Shown piece by piece: positions 53,570 through 64,000 of a DNA stretch of 64,000 nt (within the stretch, counting starts at the first letter, position 1; every line of letters begins with the position of its first letter). The notes below the pieces were generated by a model that worked only from the letters and a program-made list of their open reading frames with translations, ran no database searches and was not told where the DNA came from. Made by a program: the position numbers and the translations under genes. This stretch comes from Marsupella aquatica (lineage: Eukaryota; Plantae; Marchantiophyta), in contig OZ316894.1 in assembly GCA_973895155.1 (NCBI GenBank), forward strand, positions 17,080,563 to 17,144,562, in the 5' to 3' direction.

Positions 53570-55187
53570 CAAGTTGGTGTTAGCATTCATTTGCCTGGTT
53601 CTTTAGTGCAAAGGATTTCTTTCAGTCTACAACTCTAATATTTAACACCATTGGGAATCTGGGTCAAATAGTGTCACCTAGGCTTTCTTTTTTGTCCCAC
53701 CCAAAATAGTTTGACTAAAGCTAATTTGCATGTACCACTAATTCCTTGCTCACACTACTAGATGCGGTGAACAGCTTAGATCAAAGTTTCCTGTCGTTAG
53801 AGTGGTCAAAGGCCCCAAATTAAAATTTATGTACTCGTATAGACTCACATGCTTTCACGACAACCATCTGATTTTTCTTAGCTTAAAGTTTAATCAGTGA
53901 CCCTGGCACTAACTGACTTGTTCCATTGTATTTGAAGGTTTAGATAGGGGCCATGGTTTCCCTTTAGTGTTATGATCAATGATCAGGACTTCTATCAAAA
54001 GAAAATTACCATCCAAAATCAAGCTGTGTTGAGTATGGGGTTAATTGACTTCATTTTCCTAGCCTTAGCAAAAAGGATGCATGCATGACTTTAATTGAGC
54101 AGTTTTCATGAAATAGAACACTGGACACACATTGTCACTGTCAATTAGGAGTTTGGATAGCTCAGTCTTTGAGCAAAATATGCAGTCTGAAAATATCCCA
54201 TAAGATGCTTCAAAAGCATCACAATTATCTACAATAGTGGTTTTGTAACTATCAAAATCTTCACCAACCCAACTTTCTTTCAGATTGAGCCCTATCCCTT
54301 TCTAGGCGAATGATTTTCATTTCCCGGAAGGCATCTTCATTGTAAGTTTTTGAGAGGTCATTTGATGGGTTGCATAGTCTCTTGAGCTTTTCCAAGACAA
54401 AAGGTGCAGCAGCTTTAGCATAGTCTGTTGAGGATAGATGGGCACCAACGGCAGAAACAGACATTGGAGTGCATTTTAGACAAGCTGCACCATGCCTCAT
54501 TGGTTGGGTGGTACTGTCACAAAAACGACACAGTGTGTCGTGTGTTGGAGAAAGTGTTCTATTTTTTAGCATAGCATGAGGTGGCAAGGGATGACGGCCA
54601 TGCTGATCGTTCTTAAAGTCAGGGCCCAACTGCATTCCTGGTCTCCCCAACTGCTCGAATAAATTACTTCCATTAGCCTTGTCAACTTGTTTAATGTTTC
54701 AGATTTTGGGGCATGGAATGACGCTATTTAGTTAAGACATTTTGAGAACACAGATCGTTGAAACAAACTTGGGGGTGAAGTCTATCATACATATATATGG
54801 ATCATCAAATGAACTTCCTCATGACATTTGGTCCCCTCCACTAATTTGCAAATTACAATGAGATTGTGTGGAATTTAATAAGAAAGCAACCCACTGGTTC
54901 ATGCAAACATGTCTCAAACCCTTAACAGTCCAGATTGCGTGATCAAGCAATATATGAATGTTTGCTTGCACCAAAGTTGGCATAGTAGTATAACGATACA
55001 GGCTTCTAAACATTCTGGTGCCAGGTATTAACTCTGCATTAAAACATTTCTTTCCTCGAGCTCATGTTTGCAATATTGGTTAGTGATTTTCTCAATCCAA
55101 TGATTGAAAAATTCTTTTTTCATTGTCCATTACAACTTTTTTCAGTTGAGTGATGTGTTTTGAGAAAATTCTTCTTTCACCCACATC

Positions 55188-55425
55188 TAAGGCCCTTGAT
55201 TGTTGCTGATAAAAGGTTATGTGTATTATCATTATGGAGAGCTGTTCTAGCAAACTAAGGATGGAAGCCTGGCCGGAAAAAGCAAACTTCTTTGAGTTAA
55301 TACCTGGCACCAGAATGGTTCTTTCACACATATCCAACTAAGGCCCTTGTTATTGCTGATAAAAGATTATGTGTATTAAATATCATTATGGAGAGGGTTC
55401 TAGCAAACTGAGGATGGAAGACCTG
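55188..55425. repeat. ~85-bp direct repeat, copies 150 bp apart
   Basis: CTAAGGCCCTTG.T..TTGCTGATAAAAG.TTATGTGTATT..TCATTATGGAGAG..GTTCTAGCAAACT.AGGATGGAAG at 55188 and 55338. Confidence 0.8.
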
Positions 55426-58400
55426 GTAGAGAAGCAAAATGAGACTATCTCATTGTTGGAAGTTTAATTAATGAGGAGAAAGGAACAAAGAAACGGAGAA
55501 TATAAGTCGTTTTAAAAAATGGGAGTTCCCTGCCCAGAATTTTGGTGTTTGGGTGTAATTCTCCTCCTAATTCTAGAAAATGTAAAAAATTAACATTTTA
55601 GGGGAGGTTTGAGGATAACTGAGAAACATCAAATAATATATATACCCTAAGACCACGAATTGACCATCTTTGCATTGCTATACAGTCATCTCTCTATAAG
55701 TGCACATTTAAAAGTGCAACCCTGGATAAATGCAAGTGATCTCGTTCTCCCTTTAGATTTTTCTTCTGTGGAGTTTGCCTTTTTTTTTGCAAACTGGATT
55801 TTTTTTTTTTTTTTGCAAACTGGCCAAAGGAAGTTTTGCTGAATGACAATAATATAAGCACGCAATTTCATCAACTTATACTTACTGAGAAGTGCATGAC
55901 ATTTTTTGTAGAGTAAAACTTGCACTTATGGGGTAGGGGGATGTACAATTTAGGGAGGGATTCAGAAGAATGTTCACTGACAGAGGGGCCCATTACATAT
56001 GGATTGAGGGAGTGTAGGTCTTATCAATAAATGCACAATTCTGTGTTTAGTACTTATATATAGTGCAAACCCACGTTAAGTGCACACCTTATGCTTCTTC
56101 CCGGGAGTGTGCACTGAGAGAGAGATGACTAAAAAGCAAGGGGCAAATGATATCAAGGATGAAGAGGGTTTTTTTTGCTTGGTAGCTATTGATTTGTCTA
56201 GCCAACCTCAGACTTGTGGGACAGGGTGTCACTTAGCTGCAGATTACAAACTTCATAAACTGCTCCCAAGTCTGCTCAATTGATTGACCCATACTTGTCT
56301 TATAAGTTTGCTAATCATATTTGTTGACACTGTGATATGAGATTTGACCACTCTTTTTTATGATATTTTCGCGAGTCATGTTGAAATATATTGAGGAATG
56401 CCCCCTTAAACTTTATGTAAGGCAAAGTGTTCCCCAAAATGGTGTTTTCTGTTGAAATAGGCTGCAAAGACATGTTTTGGCTAACTTTCAGCAAGGTACT
56501 GGACAAAGTAAACTTGGACAACTGTTTGGCTTGTAAAAATTATAATGGCCACCAGCAAATGTCTCTAAGGAACTTCAAATAACTTTTTTCTCTCAAAGAT
56601 TGCAAACCATATTACCAGTATTGTATCCCATTCCCACTTGAAGAAGAGAAAGCCAAAGCAATTCAGGCCAATACCACAAGTGCTTGAATTTTGTGGATCA
56701 CTTACAAGAAATAGGCAATTATAGGTACTTTCCAAGAACATAGATTCCAAAAACTTTACTTTCCTTTGAAACAAACCATCCTCTCGTCTTGAGCCGTTTT
56801 GCCTTATGCTTCTGTTGGCGAGCCACAAATCGATCAGCCCCTTCTACAACAGGCTTATTTCCACCACCACGGGGCCTGTGTGAGTCCTGGTTTTAAGCTG
56901 CAATCTCATATTTAATTTATTTTTCTGTACTAAAGTGTTCCTTACTTACCCGACCCCCTATCTGCCAAAATGTATCTGTGTTGCCAAAAGTTGCATGCAA
57001 AGTAGAGCTAGCTAGAAGTGTTTATAATCATACAATGAGGAATATGGAATTATTCAACAACATATATTGTACATATCAGTAAGGAATGGAATGAAATGGA
57101 ATGGAATGTGCACTTTTGATCATTGGTATCTCCAATATTACTTGTTCTTTATTGGCAGTAAAATTATATATACACAAACTTTTACAGTAAAATGAATGAC
57201 TACAAAATCAAATCTTTCAAATATTTGACCACTCGGATTTTGCTTTGATTTTGAGCATGCAGGGAGTCCCTCTAGGTAAGCATGGACCACTTAATCATTG
57301 AGGGATTTCTTTAAGAAATATATGCGCTCTTGCATATTATAGTGTGAGGAGGACATTACAGCTATATTTTAAATGATCTGTTTGTTTGTGAGATTAATTC
57401 TGACCAAACAAGACCAAAGCAAAGGTCTACTGAAACTAACTCTACCTCTAGCAATCTGTTCTTAGTTTAGTATTAATCAACGTAGATGAGAACTGTGATA
57501 AAATAATACTCATCGAAAACTTAACGAGAAAGGATAAAATGGTATGCTACCAGATTTGACTGGTGCAGATTTCTTTTAGCTTTTGTTTTCCTTCTTGGAG
57601 GTGCAAAGGCACACATTTTAGCTTCTACATCCACATGAATTTCCGTAAGTAACATTGGTGAAAAAGTCCGACAAATTGGATCACGAGGAAGTGCTACCTG
57701 GTGGAAATTGAGAGCTCGTCATGAGACTTTCTTGACCAACATACATAAACTTCTCCTTGGGACATATATTTGTTTAGGTAGCAAAACTGAATACAATCTA
57801 GTACAGACATGTTTTTTGAGGTACTTCTTGTTTGAAGCTATGGATAGTAAAACAATGTACCTACAAGGCTCCATTCACACTTAACTTGAATTTAATCTGT
57901 TTAGTGGAATTATGTGAGTTGCACCCCCCAATGACTTGAGAGGCACGGGAAATTAAGTAGTGCACAGAGTGAAATTCCCAATTAGTTACCCTTGACGTGG
58001 ACTTAATATCTGGAAGGTTTGGTGATGTTATGAAGGTCATCCCATGCCAGCTGTACTTAACCTTTAATCTCAATAATGTTTCTAGGATGAATCCAATTGA
58101 GCGATAATATCTTTGCAGACCATTTCCACTGTACGCCATGATTATGATAATCTAAGCTAGAATGCATTCTTTTGATTCATCTCTGGAAACATGGCAGACC
58201 GTACTATTATTGCGTAAATTGCACTGCTCTATATGAAAATAGGTATCGCATGGCATCTGGGTTCGTGACAAGAGAAGTCAGAGGTTTTCTTCCTACAAAT
58301 ATAATCTCAAAATATTTCCAAATGGACTTAATGGACTGTTATTGGCCGGAAGACAGGATTGAAAAGCTGACAAGGATTATATTTAGATAGACCTGAATCT

Positions 58401-60046
58401 TAAAACAAATAGATAAGGAATGATATATTATTACAATGTATGGTAGTGTAGGATTCTTCGTAGAGGTAAACAGTGGATTGAGCATATCATACGCAGACAA
58501 TGTAAAGTGATTCTACATTAAGGGTACCTTCTGTTGAACCTGGAAAATTTTGTAACTCAACATGCACATCTTTAACTCAATCATCCACAGGAGCAGTCTG
58601 TATTTGGTTGGAGACTACAAACATAGTCCAAGCATAGTGAAGAAGAAAGAGACCCATGAAACCACTTGACCATTTTCCAGGATTGAAACTAGAACTACTG
58701 TAAGAGATATAATTGATAAGATATAATTTGAACTCATACCAGTTTCCTATTATTTTTACCAGGCTAGAGGTTCGCAATCATCTTGAAGTTCAGTAGTATG
58801 ACTAATACATTCTAGTTGACTTAGTATTCCACGGCTTGGTATAAACTCAGTCCAAGACAAACAAAAAAAAGGTTGGTATTTCCCCTCTTACGGCATTGGG
58901 TTTCTGACTGGGCTCTACTGTTCATAATGGAAAACTATTATAGAACGTCAAAATTCAAGAACTGGAACCGAGACTCAAACAATCATTAAATTTTAACTGC
59001 TCTAAAATGACGGTCCCTTTCTAATCCGAAACCAAATAGTGAACCCACTTGATTGGTTATTTATTAAGCTTATAGGACTTGGACACCCCATTACATAATT
59101 ATGCAGAACAAGCCATTAATCTAGTACGAGGTAGAGGACTGGTACTCCTTTCAAAACTTAAACAATCTGTAGTGGATGTTGTTTTTTTAGAATAGTATAG
59201 GCAAGTCACGTGGCCAAGAGACAGATATGCTGTACTTCTAAAACACAAACCAAGTATGAGATGGCCAGATCTGATTATGTTGAAAACTAGTGTAATAAAA
59301 ACAGTTCATACCAGGTTAGAGTGACATCCAATAAGAATCAGTGTACGAGATCTTCTATCTGGTCTTGTAAACGTGGCATACGGTACAATCTGTTTGCAAA
59401 GCCTATGTACCTCCTGGACCACTTGTTCAAGGATTGCCTTTGGCCTCAGTTTGCTGGTGATTTTTTCCCCTCATCTCTTGTTTGTTGGATTAGTCCTAGA
59501 CACTAACCAAGGTTTTTTCAAATCTAGGTAAGCTTAGTACGGATATTGACCTTTTGAAACTCTATGAGATCTCACAACGATCCTAGGGGTTCAGTTGAAG
59601 AACTTTCAATGTCATGCGCAAGAGGAGCTTAGTTTATTAATTTGAGAAAATACTTAGAAGTAGCACAAATGTAGCTAGGTTGGGATAAAAATTCAAAAAA
59701 AGAAATTTGTCCATAATTTACTTTCGTGCACATATGATCTGTACTTCTATTTGTTATATATCCACTTCAAAATATCTTTCCAGGGTGGTGGCTAATCAAG
59801 CAGTAAAAAGTACTTGCAAAAATGGGACACCCTGACAAATAAGTCCAAATGAGTTTTCAGTCCACCAAGAACATTCATCAAATCTTAGCAAAACCGAATC
59901 ATGGCCAAAAGGTAAGTATATTCAGGTTTTCATATGCGACACTAGATGATGCATGAAAACCTTTCCAATGTCATAAGAAAATCCAGCTAAGTGTTAAAAT
60001 CCATTTATCACAAGACATCAAACAAACTCGGATGCAAAGAGAGATA

Positions 60047-61579
60047 TTACAGCTTGAAGGGCTTCCCACCATGACGACCATGGCGAATTAGTCCCTCAAC
60101 TGATCCTGCTGCTGCACCTATAGATAAGCACAGTGTAAGGCAAGAAAAAATTTGCAAACTCCACCAATGACCTGTCAAGCTTGCAATGGAAGCCTGCTTA
60201 ATGTACATCTCTACAGGAAGGTAAATGGCCAAAGGCCAGAAGCAGATTGCACCCAATAAGCCTACTACGTCGTTGAAGAAAGGTATCAACATGGCAACAA
60301 ATGTTTGTAAGCAGACATATGCTGTTCTCCATGTAAGGCGGAACATATTGCATGAGCATGGTCCCAAAATGGGGAGCTTTATGGTACGACTGGTATGAAA
60401 AATTTGACTTCTTGGCCACCTCTTTGTTGCCCATGTCTCAAATATAGCAAAAAATGGCTGAGTGAATATCTGCAAACCCACAGAAAAGGCTAGCTCAAGT
60501 CCTTGGTCACTCATTATTTTTGAATATTTACATAGTTTTTGAATTATTTTACTTATCATAGATATAAACCTCAAACTCAAACACCAGATCCAATGAAGTT
60601 TGTAAACTCACTGCACTATAGGCTAGGCAAAAGGCTAGGCCTTTGGTTGGGCAAGTCCTGGCTTCTGAGCCTATTTTCCTGAACCTCACGTATATCAACT
60701 TATGCAGAACCCACCCATAGATCCACCTCTTACAGCAAACGCAAACCCAAGAACAAGAACCAAGTAATGAATCAAACACCAAACAACAAAAACCAATGAA
60801 ACATATAGATGTGGTTTCAGGAGTTATTTGAATGATTCAGAATGATTATTATATGCAAGCAAAAACCAGAGTAAGCATATAGATTAGTGGTACCTGGTAC
60901 CCAGCTGACAGCTGGATAATAACGCACAAGTTTCCAATATCCACAAGCCAAACAGGCTTGTAGCCACTAAGGCTACTTAGAAAATCTCCTGGAGTATTAT
61001 TTCCAAAAGCTGCATAGCCCACACAACTCGCAACAGTGTAGATGAATGTTGCACAACTCACACCTATTAGAGTCGCCTTTTTCATTGTCTTATTTTCAGC
61101 TGGAGGATTTTTTAGAGTATCTTGAATGAAAGGAATCATCTGGTTAAAATCATAAGCAAATGCCATATTCCCAAGAGCACTTAGGATAGACCATATCTTC
61201 CTCTCTAATGGTACTTCACCTGGGCCTCTTCCTACTGGAATACCAGTTAAATTACCATGGGAATTTTTGTTTCCTGCATTGCAAATCATGATAAAGACCG
61301 TAAACTATTCACAACTTTTAAAATGTTACAATTATAATTAGTCAATTTGGCTGAAAACTGTAATGTGGGCCATTGTTTGTGCAAGATTGGCTTGATGTGA
61401 GCACTCCATTTGCAAATTAGTTGTTCAAGATTCATTCACAAAAAGTCTACAAATTAAGCTAGGTAGAGTTTATGTTAATATGAACAAATTTGATCAAGTC
61501 AAAGCAACCTGCTATTGTGGTTACAAGTGTTGTGTTGTGCATGTACACCTTCTTACCTGCTAATTTTTTGGTTGTAGTA

Positions 61580-61629
<50 letters not shown>

Positions 61630-63056
61630 GCTTAGAGGACAGAAAGTAAGAGTCTGGTCATGATGTCACGATACATACCTAATGCAATAGCACAAGCAAA
61701 TCCAATAGAGATGAGAGAGTAGCAAATTGACATCGATATGGAGATGATGGAGATCCACCACACTTGACCAAAGTCACGTATTTGTGAGAAGAAAATCTCC
61801 ATGAACCCAAATATGCCTATGTACAACGTGGAAGATAAATATGTACATTTAAATTCCCCTTTCATGTTCCCCAACATACATTGTGATCTTCGCAATGCCC
61901 TGAAACAACGAATAACTCTTATATCATAAGACAGAAAAATTATGTAAAGGAAGGTCATACAGAATTACAAACCAAGTTCACAAATAAACTTATCAAATAT
62001 TTGGGGGATTAATTAATGGCAGTCCAATTTTCCTCAACTGACAAGATTTAGATTTACAGTTTCACTTACATGGGGGTAGCTGGTTCTGTGGGCTAAATAC
62101 TTACATCATGCTATTCGAGGCTGTTATAATGTAGCTAATACCACATCCAATGAAAGCAGCATTTTGAGTCCAAGCACATATTTTTCCAGGAAAGGATCCT
62201 GCAGATTGAAGAGTGACTGATTTTGTTAGAGTTTGTGGCTTGATGCAAAGGTCAGCATGCAGAACACTGTAAAATTGTGAGATGCTATGCTAATTACAAA
62301 ACCAAAAATGGTCTGACTATGGGTGGTAGGAGTTGAAAAAAGATATCCATTAGTAAAAATAATGATGTACCAACCAAGATAGGAGTTGACAGCGTTCACA
62401 TAAGTGTACAGCCGTTTCCCTAGAACAGGATCCTTGAAACGATATGTATCAGCTAGCAAGAGTGAAGTGAAAGATGTTGATACCGCAATTGACCACAGCA
62501 CAAGAGGGCCTGCAATCCATCCCATTTGCGCAATGCTCCAAGGCAATGCCAATAGCCCTGAGCCCAGCATTGATGCTATTACAGTGGCAGATGCAGTCCA
62601 AACTGTCCCTGTATGCCCAATGACATTGCCAGTCATCATTCACATGAATTTGAACTGTTCTGTATATCAGACTTGCAATCACTTAGGAAATTTTCTTGAT
62701 GGTGCTAACAAATTCCCACTCAAAACTTGGTGCATGTTTGGTTTTTGACTCACATATTGTTGCTATGCAATTCAGTTTATCAAGTCTGTGACCTCCTGTG
62801 AAAAATCTTGCAGCTACAAACTAAAACAGGGAAGGTTGCCTAATGTTTGAGTGTATGTACCTTGACGTTTGGGTCGTCCATCATCATCAGTCTCGTCAGT
62901 CTCAAGAGATATAGATGGATCAGGAACAGGTTTTTCATAAGTGTCTCTTCCATCGATATTGATGTTGATATCTAACAAGGATATTGTCGAGTCCCCAATG
63001 GGCTTCTCGAGGAGCTCTCCCCCCATAATGAGGGTCGTGGAGTGACCCTCGTCCAT
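60047..63056 (-). CDS. Amino acid permease (AAP/AAAP family), ~515 aa, 6 exons
   Basis: Exons 63056-62861, 62608-62375, 62198-62105, 61899-61679, 61273-60894, 60469-60047 (1548 nt, phase-consistent). Motifs DDDGRPKRQGTVWTASA, LGSGLLALPWSIAQMGW, ALGNMAFAY, IQDTLK.PPAENKTMKKA, GYAAFG, FRLTWRT, PFFNDVVGLLGA..FWPLAIYLPVEMYI. Confidence 0.95.
61584..61627. repeat. (AG)22 microsatellite in an AAP intron
   Basis: Direct reading of the sequence. Confidence 0.95.
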
Positions 63057-64000
63057 TGGAAAAGATCATAGACAAGACATGCTCTCTTTTGTCTAAACCA
63101 TTGTAGCGGGCATTATAGTCATTTTGAGACACCAAACCAATGGTTCTCATGGATCTAGACTGATATTCTATCCTGATAACAGTTTGTCTTGGATCCCATC
63201 AAGATAAGCAAATATAGTGGAGCCCTGAAACATCAAACATGCATGCTGGGGTGGAATTGAAGAAGTAATAACTTCACTACAAGATTTGAAGTTTGCAGAT
63301 ATTATCAGTTGCAAATGCCTGAATGCTTTGCTGAATGCTATGATTAAGAAAACCCAAATGGATCACATATAAGTTTTAAAAGTTTGCCTGGACTGACCCT
63401 TCTTAATGTAGACGCATGAGAACCCTTGGCAAGCCAAGACTTCAAGATATAAAAAATTAACCCGCAAAGAAAGTTTCTCAGTAAACAGGTTTACAAGATT
63501 GTCTACAACATTACAAAGGAACGTAAGAACAATTGGAACAAATTATTTCATCTGTAGAGTCTTTTTGTTACAATTAAAGGTCACCATTAGAGCACTCAGG
63601 CAGCCCACTAACCCACTGGCAGGTAATAGTAATTGTTTTCGTTTAAAAAAACTGGCTTGGTAGATCAAGTTCGAGCATACTAAGGTGGGGATTACCTTAA
63701 TGGACCCCAAAATTAGAGAAGTGGAAGAAATATTGTATGAGTTTGATCTATGTACCTAGGTGATCTAAGTCACAACACCAGAAAAAGACATGGACCATAA
63801 GTTACATGCAGGCTCTTTCACAATTTGTAAATATCTTTATACAGTCAGAGAAAGGTGACCCCTTCAAAATACTCTTCAATAGTAGTGTTCCCGTTTGTAG
63901 TAAGTGGCAGTCCAGATTATTAGTTTACAAAACCAGGTATCAAGTTACACACATTAATTAGTATGGGTATTGAAACAAACTCAATTATTTCAATCATGTT

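Larger units (their letters stand above)
48520..54700 (-). pseudogene. Decayed intronless coding relic, putative endogenous negative-strand RNA virus L (RdRp) gene, Qinviridae-like
   Basis: Collinear minus-strand ORF fragments (54261-54650, 52496-52816, 51461-51661 and others) broken by stops and frameshifts, with tentative RdRp motifs in order at ~54070-53200. Interrupted by three small TEs. Boundaries are approximate. Confidence 0.45.

Noticed and set aside
1-64000. Functional gene cluster linking CCD, SKP1, ODA1-like and AAP
   Set aside because: The genes have unrelated functions and mixed orientations with TE-filled spacers, and nothing in the sequence indicates co-regulation.

Overview
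Eukaryotic nuclear DNA with GT-AG introns, from a non-seed land plant. The SKP1 sequence and a flagellar-type gene suggest a bryophyte, but that is an inference. Host genes: (1) the 3' part of a very large Ser/acidic low-complexity protein with a 5.1-kb exon and a C-terminal DUF4378 (TRM/CEP350-type) motif; (2) SKP1; (3) a 14-exon CCD1-like carotenoid cleavage dioxygenase with a 15-nt microexon; (4) a small conserved plant protein; (5) a divergent ODA1/CCDC114-like coiled-coil gene; (6) an AAP-type amino acid permease. Mobile DNA: a near-intact autonomous Helitron (one intron, one nonsense codon), two related mini-Helitrons, two TTA-flanked PIF/Harbinger MITEs, a Copia relic, a TA-tailed short repeat in two copies and several tandem arrays. 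The most novel candidate is a ~6-kb decayed, intronless minus-strand coding relic at ~48.5-54.7 kb. RdRp-like motifs F-A-B-C-D-E can be tentatively reconstructed there in order, suggesting an endogenised negative-strand RNA virus L gene (Qinviridae-like). That call is by eye and needs a profile search.
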